Assembly: GCF_004010195.1 (NCBI RefSeq)
Contig: NC_057718.1
Coordinates: 20,400,915-20,464,914, forward strand
Origin: Chiloscyllium plagiosum
Lineage: Eukaryota
DNA: 64,000 nucleotides
Reading direction: 5' to 3'
In this document: piece by piece, positions 12,481 to 25,239 of the stretch
Position numbering within the stretch: position 1 is the stretch's first letter
Layout of the letters: each line of letters opens with the position of its first letter
Made by a program: the position numbers and the translations under genes
The notes under the pieces: model-generated
Told to the model about the DNA's origin: nothing
Databases searched by the model: none
Seen by the model: only the letters and a program-made list of their open reading frames with translations

Positions 12481-15160
12481 AGGATAGAAAGGGAGGCAAG
12501 AGAGGAGGGGGAGTGGCCTTTTTGATAAGGGATAGCATTACAGCTGTGCTGAGGGAGGATATTCCTGGAAATACATCCAGGGAAGTTATTTGGGTGGAAC
12601 TGAGAAATAAGAAAGGGATGATAATCTTATTGGGATTGTATTATAGTCCAAGGGAAATTGAGAAACAAACTTGTAAGGAGATCTCGGCTATCTATAAGAA
12701 TAATAGGGTGGTTATGGTAGGGGATTTTAACTTTCCAAACATAGACTGGGACTGCCAATGTGTTAAGGGTTTAGATGGAGAGAAATTTGTTAAGTGTGTA
12801 CAAGACAATTTTCTGATTCAGTATGTGGATGTACCTACTAGAGAAGGTGCAACACTTGACCTACTCTTGGGAAATAAGGCAGGGCAGGTGACTGAGGTGT
12901 CAGTGGGGGAGCACTTTGGGGCCAGCGACCATAGTTCTATTAGATTTAAAATAATTATGGAAAAGGATAGACCAGATCTAAAAGTTGAAGTTCTAAATTG
13001 GAGAAAGGCCAATTTTGGCGGTATTAGGCAAGAAATTTTGAAAGCTGATTGGAGGCAGATGTTCGCAGGTAAAGGGATGGCTGGAAAATGGGAAGCCTTC
13101 AGAAATGAGATAACGAGAATCCAGAGAAAGTATATTTCTGGTAGAGTGAAAAGAAAGGCTGGTAGGTATATGGAATGGTGGATGAGTTTAAAAAAAAAAA
13201 TGAGAGTTTGGTTAAGAAAAAGAAGGAAGCATATGTAAGGTATGGACAGTATAGATCAAGTGAATCCTTAGAGTATAAGGGAAGTAGGAGTATACTTAAG
13301 AGGGAAATCAGGAGGGCAAAAAGGAGACATGAGATGGCTTTGGCAAACAGAATTAAGGAGAATTCAAAGAGTTTTTACAAATACATTAAGGACAAAAGGG
13401 AAACTAGGGAGAGAATAGGGCCCTTCAAAGATCAGCAAAGCAGCCTTTGTGTGGAGCTGCAGAAAATGGGGGAAGATACTAAATGAGTATTTTGCATCAG
13501 TATTTACTGTGGAAAAGGAAATGGAAGATATAGACTGTAGTGAAATAGATGGTGACATCTTGCAAAATGTCCATATTACAGAGGAGGAAATGCTGGATGT
13601 CTTGAAACGCATAAAGGTGGATAAATCCCCAGGACCTGATCAGGTGTACCCGAGAACTCTATGGGAAGCAAGGGAAGTGATTGCTGGGCCTCTTGCTAAG
13701 ATATTTGTATCATCGATAGTCACAGGTGAGGTGCCGGAGGACTGGAAGTTGGCTAACGTGGTGCCACTGTTTAAGAAGGGTGGTAAGGACAGGTCAGGGA
13801 ACTATAGACTGGTGAGCCTAACCTCGGTAGTGGGCAAGTTGTTGGAGGGAATCCTGAGGGACAGGATGCACATGTATTTGGAAAGGCAAGGACTGATTCG
13901 GGATAGTCAACATGGCTTTGTGTGTGGAAAATCATGTCTCACAAACTTGATTGAATTTTTTGAAGAAGTAACAAAGAGGATTGATGAGGGCAGAGCAGTA
14001 GATGTGATCTACATGGACTTCAGTAAGCGTTCGACAAGGTTCCCCATGGGAGACTGATTAGCAAGGTTAGTTCTCATGGAATATAGGGAGAACTAGCCAT
14101 TTGAATTCAGAACTGGCTCAAAAGGAAAAGACAGAGGGTGGTGGTGGAGGGTTGTTTTTCAAACTGGAGGCTTGTGACCAGTGGATTGCCACAAGGCTTG
14201 GTGCTGGGTCCCTTACGTTTTGTCATTTGGATGCGAGCATAAGAGGTACAGTTAATAAGTTTGCAGAAGACGCCAAAATTGGAGGTGTAGTGGACAGCGA
14301 AGAGGATTACCTCAGATTACAACAGGATCTTGACCAGATGGACCAATGGGCTGAGAAGTGGCAGATGGAGTTTAATTCAGATAAATGCAAGGTGCTGCAT
14401 TTTGGGAAAGCAAATCTTTGCAGGGCTTATACACTTAATGGTAAGATCCGAGTGTTGCTGAACAAAGAGACCTTGGAGTGCAGGTTCATAGCTCCTTGAA
14501 AGTGGAGTCATAGGTAGATAGGATAGTGAAGAAAGCATTTGGTATGCTTTCCTTTATTGGTCAGAGTATTGAGTACAGGAGTTGGGAAGTCATGTTGTGG
14601 CTGCACAGGACATTGGTTAGGCCACTGTTGGAATATTGCGCGCAGTTCTGGTCTCCTTCCTATCGGAAAGATGTTGTGAAACTTGAAAGGGTTCAGAAAA
14701 GATTTACAAGGATGTTGCCAGGGTTTGAGGATTTGAGCTATAGGGAGAGGCTGAACAGGCTGGGGCTGTTTTCCCTGGAGCGTCAGAGGCTGAGGGGTGA
14801 CCTGATAGAAGTTTACAAAATGATGTGGGGCATGGATAGGGTAAATAAGTAAAGTCTTTTCCTCGGGGTCAGGGAGTCCAGAACTAGAGGTTTAGGGTGA
14901 GAGGGGAAAGATATGAAAGAGACCTATGGGGCAACATTTTCACACAGAGGGTGGCACATGTATGGAATGAGCTGCCAGAGGTGGTGGAGGCTGGTACAAT
15001 TGCAACATTTAAGAGGGATTTGGATGGGTGTATGAATAGGAAGGATTTGGAGGGACATGGGCTGTGTGCTGGCAGGTGGGACTAGATTGGGTTGGGATCT
15101 GGTCGCCATGGACGGGTTGACTGAAGGGTCTGTTTCCATGCTGTACATCTCTATGACTCT
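12481..15160 (+). mobile_element. CR1-clade LINE, 5'-truncated ORF2 (APE plus RT), in a HYLS1 intron
   Basis: ORFs 12465-15085 with GDFNFP, KSPGPD, YRLVSLTS, DSQHGF and YMDFSK; frameshifted; ends ctctatgactcta. Confidence 0.95.
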
Positions 15161-15319
15161 AAGTTTTAACAGTTATGATTCAATGAAAAACTGAGTTGAG
15201 CACAAATTGATTGTTTCTCAATTTTCCTACATCACCCAACACTGGATCATCATCATCATCTATAATGCTGCAACATATCTTTTGTGAGCAGGGGTGCCCT
15301 GAGAAAAAAGCCTGCAATC

Positions 15320-15500
15320 CAAAGTTGTGCAGGTTAGGTGAATTGGCAATGCCAAATTGCCCAGTGTTCAGGGATGTGTAGGTTAGGTGCATTAGTCAGA
15401 GGTAAATATAAGGTAGGGGAATGGATCTGGGTAGGTTTCTCTTCGGAGGTTCATTGTGGATTTGTTGGGCTAAATGGACTGTTTCCACACTGTAGGGATT
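15320..15500 (+). mobile_element. HE1-type SINE 3' fragment
   Basis: Matches the core and tail of the copy at 42011-42310 (aggttaggtgaattggc...gtttccacactgta). Confidence 0.75.
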
Positions 15501-15536
15501 CCCTGGTCTAGTTTGAAAGTCATGATTGTAATAATA

Positions 15537-15670
15537 ATGATTTGGAGATGCCGGTGTTGAACTAGGCTGTACAAAGTTAAAAATCACATAACACCGGGTT
15601 ATAGTCCAACAGGATAATTTAGAAGCACTAGCTCTCGGAGCACTGCTCCTTCATCAGGTGATAGTGGAGA
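15537..15670 (-). mobile_element. Short Penelope-derived repeat (family C) with hammerhead-like motif at 15626-15660
   Basis: Minus strand reads CAC-CTGATGA-A-GGAGC-agt-GCTCC-GAGA-GCTA-GTG. Confidence 0.65.
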
Positions 15671-15744
15671 TTCTACTATTATTACAATCTGGTCTGCGTT
15701 GCTGCAACTCTCTAAATAAAATTTGTGCTAGATCTGTGTATGCA

Positions 15745-17350
15745 TGCTGTGGTTCAGTTGATAGCATTCTTCTTTAAGTCATAAGGTTCTCGGTTCAAGA
15801 TCCAGTCCAGACCTGCTGCACAAAACTAAGCTGTGCACTATTGAGGAATTTGATTTGATTTATTGTCATGTGTACCTAAGTACAGTGAAAAGCTTTGTTT
15901 ATGAGCAGTGCAGGCAGATTGTAGTAAGCAAGGACATACAGATCATAGTGTGAAAAATTTGGACAGAGTAAGACATATAGGTTACACTGCACAGGACATG
16001 CACAAGACAAGATCAACATTACAAGATCAGCGTTATTTGAAGTTAGTCCATTCACCAATCTAATAATGACAGAGAAGAAGTTGTTCTTGAACCTGCGTGT
16101 GTGTGTGTGTGTGTGTGTGTTTAAGCTTCCGTATCTTCCCTCTGACAGAAGAGGTTATAGGACACCATTACAGGGATGGGATGGGTCTTTGATGTTGACA
16201 GCCTTTCTGTGGTCAGGAGACACTTAAATGGAGAACATGGGTGGGAGGTTGGCTTCCGTTATGATCTGGGCTGTGCATACAGCCTTCTGTAGCTTCTTAC
16301 GGTGCTGGGCAGAGCAGTTGCCGTACCAAGCCGTTATGCACCCGGACAGTATGCTGTGTGTGATGCATCTGTAAAAGTTTGTGAGGGTCCATATGGATAT
16401 GCTAAATTCCTGAGCCACCTGAGGAAGAAGAGGCAGTTGCATCTACGTGGGAAGTCCAGGACAGATTGTCAGTTGTCATCTCTCTTAGAAATCTGATGCT
16501 CTCAACCTCCGCTCCATTGATGTAGATGGGGGCGTGTTCCCCTCCTTTCTTTCTGAAGTCAATGTTCAGTTCTTTAGTTTTGCTGACATTGAGACTGAGT
16601 TTATTACCTTGCAACATGTCATCAAGCCCTCTATTTTCTTTCTGTATTCTGACTCATCATTGTTTGATGTCCGTCCTACCGTGGTGAGGTCGTCAGCAAG
16701 TGTGTAAATGGAGTTTATTCAGAATTTGGCAACATGTTTGTGGGTGTACCAGGAGTACAGTATAGGGGCTGAGAATGCATCTTTGGAGGGGCTCCAGTGT
16801 GAAATATTATCACGGCGGAGGTGCAGTTGTCTATCTTCACTATGGGTCTATGGGTCAAGAAGCCAAGGATCCAGTTACAAAGGGTGGAGCCGATACCTAG
16901 GTCTTGGATAGTCATTAAGGCACATGGCATGTGCTTTCTTGGGTACTGGGATAATGGTGGTCGTCTTGAAACAGGTGGCGACTTTGGCTTGTAGGATGGA
17001 GAGGTTGACCAATAGATTGCAATCAGCTGGTCTGCACAGGAGTGTTGAATTATCAGAAGTGTTGTCTTTCAGAAGACTCTGTAAACTGAAGCCTCCATCT
17101 GTCTGCTGGATTTAAAAGATTCCCAGTTCAAAGAGTAAGGGAGTTATACCAGTGTCCTGGCCAATATTTACCTTTTTAATTAACCACATAAAACAGATTA
17201 TCTAGTATTATCACATGGCTGTTTAAGGCAGTTTGCTGAGTGCACATTGTCTGCTGTCTTTCCTGTAGTGAAGTGGTGACTATACTTCAAAATGTCCATC
17301 TTGGATGTGGGTTTGTTGAGGCATTCAGTAATTGTGAAATGTGCTACATA
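15745..17350 (+). mobile_element. Old tRNA-headed DeuSINE (SacSINE1-like), split by a Rex1 insertion
   Basis: tRNA-like head gtggttcagttg...ggttcaagatcc (about 15749-15803). Deu-like ggagttataccagtgtcctggccaatattta at about 17140-17170. Family assigned from memory. Confidence 0.55.
15850..17010 (-). mobile_element. Rex1/Babar-clade LINE 3' fragment
   Basis: ORFs contain LSLNVSKTKEL.IDFRK, LSWTSHVD and LTNFYRC...SILSGCITAWYGNCS, typical of the Rex1 RT C-terminus. (TG)n at about 16097-16120. Confidence 0.85.
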
Positions 17351-17415
17351 AATGTAATTTAACCTTTCTTGTTTCGCTAGGACTAAGTGCAATGACACGT
17401 TCCTTTTTTTTTCAG

Positions 17416-17514
17416 ATCTGGAGGAACTGATCAGGCATGAGCGTTCAAAGAGTCAAAGCTCTGGTAAAGCCAGTGATACTGTGGAGTCATGTAGTACAAC
17501 ATCACCAAACTATG
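17416..17514 (+). CDS. HYLS1: HYLS1 coding exon 2 (DLEELIRHERSKSQSSGKASDTVESCSTTSPNY)
   Basis: Polypyrimidine tract plus ttcag acceptor; 99 nt, phase 1-1; donor G|gtattg; continues the helix of exon 1. Confidence 0.8.
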
Positions 17515-17899
17515 GTATTGCTATTTATTTTCTGGACGTTTGTGATAAAAAGTTGAAAGTTTAAAGAGACAGAAACTGTTGTCACATTGTGGTTTATTAA
17601 ACCTGAATTGAATTTTTCTATAGACCATCAAAAAAATAGAAGGATTCTTTGAATTGTCAGACTTGATGGCTGTGGAAGTATGTAATTTAAAAAGTTTATT
17701 GCAAGAATTAGACTTAGTCTTGAAACGTTTGAAGGCACACGAGATATATTTGGGAAGGCAGGTAAAAATGAAAAAGTGATGTTGCACAGATGATAAGGGA
17801 TGGAATCAGGGAGGATCTCTAATCTGAAGAACAAGATATGGGATCTGTTTGGTAGAACTAAGAAACAAAAAGAGGCAGCAAACACTGAAGTTCTTTCCG

Positions 17900-19500
17900 G
17901 GTCACCAAACAGTTGTGGTATTGTGGGACATGGTATTAACTTAGGAGAGTAGAGAAGCATGCAGTGTGGGTGATTTAGTAATTGGTGACTTCAATCTGCA
18001 CATGGACTGGGTAAATTAGCACATTGTCTTGGAAGGATGAGTTTCTGGAGTGTGTTAGGGATAGTTTTCTAGACAAGTATGTTGAGGAATTGACTGGAGA
18101 ACAGGTTATATTGCATTAGGATTGTATAACAATCGAGGGCTAATTTAATAATCTTCCAGTAAAGTAACCTTTTAATGGATGAGCAAATGTAATATGATAG
18201 AATTTTTACTTCCTTGTAAATTATCTAAATAAATCTGACGCCAGGGTGTTAAATTTGAGCGCAGGAAACCATATGAAGGGCAAAGTGCCAGTGATTGGGG
18301 CAAATCTATTTAAACGGTATGACACTACACAGGCAATATCACATAGTTTGCAAGATTCCTTCAAGGCACAAGAAAAAACTAACCGTGGCTAACAAAAGAA
18401 AGTAAGGATTGTATCAGATCAAAAGAAAAAGTATATAAAGTTATCAGAAGCAGTGGTAAACCTGAGGGTTGAGAGGATTTTAGAGTGCAGCAAAGCAGGG
18501 TCAATAAACTGAAAGGAAATGGAGAATAGAGTATGAGTATGAACAAGCAAAAAAGATAGTGGAATGTTAAAACTTGATTTTTAAAAAAAATGAACATTTG
18601 GCTCAGGCGGATAAAGTCCTTTGCAGGCAGTGTCAGGAGAATTTAAATGGGGAATAGAGACACTACAGAAGCTAAATTATTACTTTGTCAACCTTCTCTT
18701 GAGTAAGGTACAAGTAAGCTCCCACAAAAAGAGATCAAAGGGGCTAGAGATAATGAAGAATTGAAATATTCATAAATTATTTTGGAGAAATTAATGTGAC
18801 AGAAGATCAATAAGTCAATAGAACCTGATATTGAACATCTCAGATATTGAAAGAGGTAGCTTTTGAGATGGTGGGTGCTTTAGTGATTATCTTACAAACT
18901 TCTATAGATTCTTAAATGGTTCCTACAGATTGCAAGGTAGTGAATATCGCCTAACAATTTAAGAGAGAAAGTGGGAACTACAGACCTTTTTAAAGTTGCA
19001 CCAAAAATAGGTAAAAAGCTAGAATCTATGATAAAGAATATAATAAATAATACTTTGATTTACTAACAAATGATAAAAGGAAGACTGCTATCAATTCTCT
19101 TCACTGAGGCTCTTTTGTTTTTGGTGTACTGTTCAAAGTTGAATTGAAATTTGTCTGCAGGCCTGCATTTCTTTATTGCAGAAAGTGTGTTTCTGTTTTT
19201 TTATTCTTATGATCCTAGATAGGTGGTATAGGAATTAGGAAGTTATGTTGAGGTTGTATAGGATAATGGTGAGGCATTTTCTGGAGTACTGTGTCTTGTT
19301 CTGGTTGCTCAGTTATAGGACGGATATTATGCTGAAGAGGGTTCAGAGGGAACATAGCAAGATGTTGCTGGGTATGGAAGGCTTGAGCTATAAAGAAAGG
19401 CTGGATAGGTTGGGACACTTTTCATTGGAGTGTAGGATGTTGAGAGGTGACCTTCTAGATAGAGTTAATAGTAGGTGTCTTTTCCCGAGGATGGGGGAAT
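17900..19500 (+). mobile_element. Highly degenerate CR1 ORF2 fragments
   Basis: GDFNL at about 17985; LEYCVLFW in ORF 19245. Confidence 0.65.
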
Positions 19501-19961
19501 ACAGATGAGGGACTTATGCCTGAAAAGTTAATTCTCCTACTCCTCAGATTCTGCCTGACCTTTGCTTTTCCAGCACCACACTCTTGACTCTGAATTCCAG
19601 CATCCGCAGTCCTCACTTTCTCCTACTGATAAAGTACATATTGAGATGGCCCAGGGAATTCCTTGTGAATTCAACCTGTTAGCCTCTCTTGGTTCGTCCC
19701 GGAGATCATACCTTTAGTAGTCTGGAATTAAAAAAACTCTTACAGACAGTTTAGTTTAATTTTAATCATTCCCTTCTTTTACTAATATCATCACTGTTAC
19801 AACACAACACTGATACATATGAATCAGGCGAACTGGATTCTAATAACCCAGGAGAGTATGGCATCGCTCTTCCTTCAAGAATTGTACTATCACAAACAAA
19901 CTATTTTTATACACAAGTTTGCAAAGGCTGTACTGTCGCAAACACAAAAAGTTAACAAAAG

Positions 19962-20197
19962 CGCTGCCTGTGTGGAGTTTGCACATTCTCCCCCTGTCTG
20001 TGTGGGTCTCCCCTGGGTGCTCTGGTTTCCTCCCACAGTCCAAAAATGCGCAGGTTAGGTGAATTGGCCATGCTAAATTGCCCCGAGTGTTAGCTGACGG
20101 GGTAAATGTAGGGTGATGGGTCTGGGTGGGTTGCTCTTCGGAAGGTCGGTGTGGACTCGTTGGGCCAAAGGGCAAGTTTCCACATTGTAAGTAATCT
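19962..20197 (+). mobile_element. HE1-type SINE, 5'-truncated
   Basis: tgtgtggagtttgcacattctccc...tttccacattgtaagtaatct, as in the 42011 copy. Confidence 0.85.
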
Positions 20198-23135
20198 TAA
20201 AAAAAAAAATGTTCTGAACTAGACAGATAATAGTGAAAAGACAATAATTCGGGACTGAGGTTAATTGATACAGAGTTTTGTTTCAAGTTCAGAATCAAAC
20301 TTGGTTATTAATTTCACAAAGGAACAGCTGTGAATGTTATCACTCGGTGTTCTGTTTATACAGATTCACTGATATTAAGGCAAACGTTCTTGATTGTCTT
20401 ACCCTCCCTGCCTGTCAATTTTTTACTGTGCAGCAAATATGTTCTATAATTCAAAATTACGCTTTAGTCTAAATGTTTAAGGACAAGTTTTAAGGCTTTA
20501 AACTTTCTCACTGTCAAATCAAATACTTCTAAGTTGATGGATAACATAAAACTAAGTTGTAATGAGTGCTGTGAGAAAAATGCAAAGAGGTTTCAAGAGG
20601 GTTTGGACATACCTAATTAGTGGGCAAGAGCATGGCAGATGGAATGTAATGTGGAAAATGTGAAACTATCCATTTTTTTCATTCTTTAGGCACCTATTCC
20701 TTCTACAATCTCCTACCAATTAAAAAATACATCTGTGTTGTCCAAAGAGTCTGGGGTGTCCTTGTCAATTAGCCATTGAAAGCTAACATGCACGTCAGAA
20801 AATAACTAGGAATGGTATGTTAGCTTTTATTGAAAGAGTGTTTTGAGTACAGGAGTAGTGAAGTCTTTGTATAGGAATTTGGTTATACCACACCTGGAGT
20901 GCTGTGCGCAGTCTTGGTCTCCTTATCTCGGGAAGGATATTATTGCCATAGGGAGTGCAACAAAGATGCATTAGATTCGTTTCTGGGGTGGTGGGACTGT
21001 CTTTTGCGGAAAGATTGGTAAACTAGTCCTGTGTGGAGGAGAAAATGACATGGAAATGAGCAGCCGTGATTGTATTGAATTGTAGAGCAGGTTTGATAGA
21101 CTAAATGACCTGTTTCTCCTTCTATGTTCCTAAGAGATGAGAGCATGAAAAATCACCTTTGAAATTTTACATTTTTAATTATACTTTTGATTACTTTGGA
21201 TTTTTATGAAAGTGACAGCTATCCCAGATGAGAAATTTCTGGAAAAACTCAGCAGGTCTGGCAGCAGAACGGAAGAAGGGTCACTGGACTCAAAATGTTA
21301 AGTCTGCTTTCTCTCTACAGATGCTGGCAGACCTGCTGAGTTTTTTTAGCAATATCTCATTTAAGCGATTTCCAGCATCCAAAGTTCTTTTGGATTTTTT
21401 TAAAGCTTCCCCAGATTGTTGCACATTACACAAAGCTGCATCTTGCACATGACCTGAAGGACAATTCTATTGGTCAGCTAGTTTTATTGCATGCCATATT
21501 TGCAGAGAGGATTACTGGATGTAGGATTTGTTCACAAATTATTGTTATGGTCCTAGGTGATGGTACTATTGGACAAGCTAGATCCCAGTTGTTATGATCT
21601 CATAGGAAACCAGTAATATTTTAAATAAAAGCTCCCAGTTATGCCACAAGTTTTCATGCTTTAGACAAAATCTTTTTGTACAAAGTTACACAAAGCAGTA
21701 AGTACTATTAATTCTACACTATGTTCATGAATACATATTCCTTAAGCCTGAAAATCTCAACAGGAAACTACTTGTTCACTTTTATTTTAACAATGGTTCT
21801 CCTTTATTGTATGGGATACTGGGGGTTCCTTCACTTCTCTTGGGCCTAAACCAAGATATATGACAGCTCTCAGGAATGTCTGATTCCTTCTGAGTGTTTC
21901 CACCTAAGGGGCAATGTTTCACGCAGAGGGTGGTGATTGCATGCGATGAGGAATTGGTAGAGGCTAGTACAATTATAGTATCTTAAAAAAGCATAGGAAA
22001 GGTTTGGAGGGATATGGGCCAAATGCTGGCAAATCAGATTAGATTAATTTAGGATATCTGATCAGTATGGATGAGTTGGACTGAAGGGTGTACTTCCGTG
22101 CTGTACATTTTTATGACTCTATAACATCTGGCTAGGTGTCCATTTACTTTCTTTTAATCGTTCATAATTGTAGACATCCAGTTCAAGAATGATTCTCTTT
22201 TCTTGGTGACTCCGAATCAGAAAGCACCCTTGGTTTTTGACAGCCATTTTGTTACTGGTTTAAAGCTTCTGGCAAATTCTGTCTGCTTTTCAAAGCTGTT
22301 CCCAAAACCATAATGTAACTGCCTATTTCTGTGAAAAAACACCCAGGTAAACCCAAAACAAAAGAAACTCCCTGCAATCTAGCCCCATGGCAGTATGATG
22401 TGCCTGGGATCTTCCAGATAGAGATTGTCTTTACTGTCAAAGCAGCACTTTTAATTTTGGGACTCACATGAAGGGGTTGCCATCATGAAACACAAAAATA
22501 AACCTCTATTATTTAATGTGTTTCCATGTCTATCTTTGACCTTGGTAAACAATCACAGGCCATTCTTTCTCTAGTGATTGATTAAGGTCTCTATGCTTTG
22601 CATCAGGGATTTCTATACAACTTTTGGGGATTGAATTATTAAATGTTAAACGCCTAAAACATACTTAATGAAATTAGTCATTTTCACAACAGTTTTTCTT
22701 CTGAGTCAATATTAGTTTAACTTAACCAATAGAAAAATATATTAGTAAGTGAAATATCAATCAGTAATTTTGAGTATCATGGATACTAGGATATGTAGCA
22801 TCTGCAGCTGACATTATCAAATCAATGCAAAAGGTATGTTGAGATATAAGGATAAAGGTTCCTGAGAAAAGACCAAAACCAGTGGTGGATTTAGTTAATT
22901 ATCTGTATGTTTTGTATCAATAAGTTTTTTTAATTGTATGTTAAATAACTTTTAATTTTTGTATTTCACAAACCATGAAAATTCTGTATATATCCCTGTA
23001 TACAAAAATGAATGAATTCATTTAAAATCCCTGTCAGAATAAGTTCTTGGAATCTATTCAAATGCGTTAAATAGTGAAGATTGGTATAGTGCAGGATTCT
23101 GATTTAAAATATTTTTGATCCCAGTTTTATTTCAG

Positions 23136-23227
23136 TTTCACAGGTGAGAAATAGTTCCTTGCATCAAAATCTTGCAGCACCACAAAATCCAATTCGACGT
23201 GAGTTCAGCTCAGAAAAAGAGAATCAG
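23136..23227 (+). CDS. HYLS1: HYLS1 coding exon 3 (VSQVRNSSLHQNLAAPQNPIRREFSSEKENQ)
   Basis: ttttatttcag acceptor; 92 nt open frame, phase 1-0, which is needed to join exon 2 to exon 4; donor CAG|gttggt. Confidence 0.7.
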
Positions 23228-23619
23228 GTTGGTTGCTTTTTGTTTGCTAGTGCCACAATAGAGAAAACTGTACAGATGCAGAATGTAGCTCAATGTTTAC
23301 AACAGAATTTAGGCTGATTTATGCATTGATCAGGCTATTTGAATATTAAATTTATTAGAATACATTAGAAAATAAAGATTATAAATACAATCATTAGAGT
23401 AAACATTAGGCAATCCCTTGAGTTGTGACTGTGAACATACCATTTTAATTTTCCTGAAAGTGTAGCGTGATTAATTTTAAAAGATAATAAGTTGAAGTCT
23501 TTCTGAATAGATGCTTGGCAATACAGTTCTTAAGAATTGGTGAAAATATTTAGAATCAAAAAGGGTGGCACTGCAACCGCACAGCATCCAAGGAGTAGGA
23601 GAGTCGACGTTTCAGATAT

Positions 23620-24120
23620 CAGGAATGAGATGCAATCAAATTTTTCATCTTGCATTTATCCGAACAGAATCACAAGAATAAAAAAATTTAAAGGGAGTAG
23701 CAAACTTTATATCACACAAGAAAGGGTGCTGATTGGTAAGTAGATTCTCAGTGGTTGAAATGTTACCATGGAAAAAGCACCACGGAACAATTATTTCCCA
23801 TGTTTTTCTTAAATTATTTTAAAATTTATTTAAAACTAATAATTTGTAAATGTGTATTTCCCTAAGGTGAGCTCTCAATCAATGAGAGATTACTTACCTA
23901 GTTGGTATTTGAACAAATACTTGAGGAATAATTGTTCCTTGGTACATTCTCCATGGTAATTTCAACCATTCAAACCATTGCCAATGAGTCAGCATCCTTT
24001 TCTGTTTCATGAATTTTAATTTGTCATTCCCTTTCAATATTTGGTACTCTTTCAATTCTGTCCTAATTAGTGCAAGACAAAATGCTTTGACAGCATGTCC
24101 CGCTTTGTTTTCATCAATAC
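23620..24120. repeat. Degenerate inverted-repeat element (about 23625-23780 versus 23940-24085)
   Basis: gttgaaatgttaccatggaaaaagcacc is inverse to ggtacattctccatggtaatttcaac, and catcttgcatttatccgaacagaatc is inverse to aattctgtcctaattagtgcaagac. Confidence 0.6.
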
Positions 24121-24295
24121 TTCTAAACCTATATTAAATAAAAAATTTCCAAACAAAAAGCACATGTATAAAGGATACATGACAATGCAGCAGTGACTTG
24201 TGAGGAAAGAACAGAGGAGCTAAATCTGATGGTCTGGATGGAACCCTGTTAAGCAAGATTTTTATTGATGTATTTCCAACATTATGTATAATTAA

Positions 24296-24545
24296 AGAAT
24301 CCCTAAAGTGTGGAAACAGGCCATTCGGCTCATCAAGTCCACACCAACCCTCCAGAGTAACCTACCCAGATCCATTCTCCTACCCTATTACTCTACATTT
24401 ACCCCTGACTAATGCACGTAAGCTACACATCTCCGAAGACTATGGACAATTTTTAGAATGGCAAATTCACCTAACCTGCACATCTTTGGATTGTGGGAGA
24501 AAACCCATACAGACAAGGGGAGAATGTGCAAATCCCACACAAACG
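24296..24545 (-). mobile_element. HE1-type SINE fragment
   Basis: Reverse complement of the SINE core (tgtggaaacaggccattcgg...ggggagaatgtgcaaa). Confidence 0.8.
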
Positions 24546-25239
24546 GCAGAGCTAAACAACCCTATGACCAACTGATCAGAACAAAGCTTTTCAGTCCTGC
24601 CACAAATAATAATTAAACAACTTACAGGAGGAGCAGGCTCCACAAATATCTCCTTCCTCAATAATGGGGAAACCCAGAAAATCTGTACTTTTCAGAAAAC
24701 AAAATCACAGCAAAGTTTTGCTTCCATCTTCACCCGGAAGTGCTGAGTGGAGTATTTATTTCTGGCTTCTCCTCGTTACTGATACTATTCTTCTAATTTG
24801 ATTAACTTTACGTGATATCAAGATTTGGCTTGAGATGTTGGACGGTTTTTTAAAAATTTGTTCATGGAATGTGAATGTCACTTACTAGGCCAGCATTTAT
24901 TCCCCATCTCTAATTACCCAATAGACAATTAAGCAGTTGTATTTCTGTGGATTTGATGTCTCATGCAGGCCAGACCAAGTAAACATGGCGGATTGCTTTG
25001 CCTTTTGAGGCATTAATGAACCACTTGGTTTTTTACATCAATCAACAGTGGCTGCCATTGGCTTATTTTTTATTCTAGATTATTATTGAATTCAAATCTC
25101 ACCATCTGCCCTAGTTGATTCAAAACCAAAACTTTAGCCTAGGGTCCTGATTTACTAATCTAATGACATTATCGCTGTGCTGCTGCCTCCCTTGAGATGA
25201 GCAGTAATAATGAACACTTGTGCTCCATGATTAGCCACA

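Noticed and set aside
21545..22690. Possible solo LTR (TGTTATG...CAACA); similar candidates at about 7250-7545 and 48530-50620
   Set aside because: No convincing TSD or boundaries could be established by eye.
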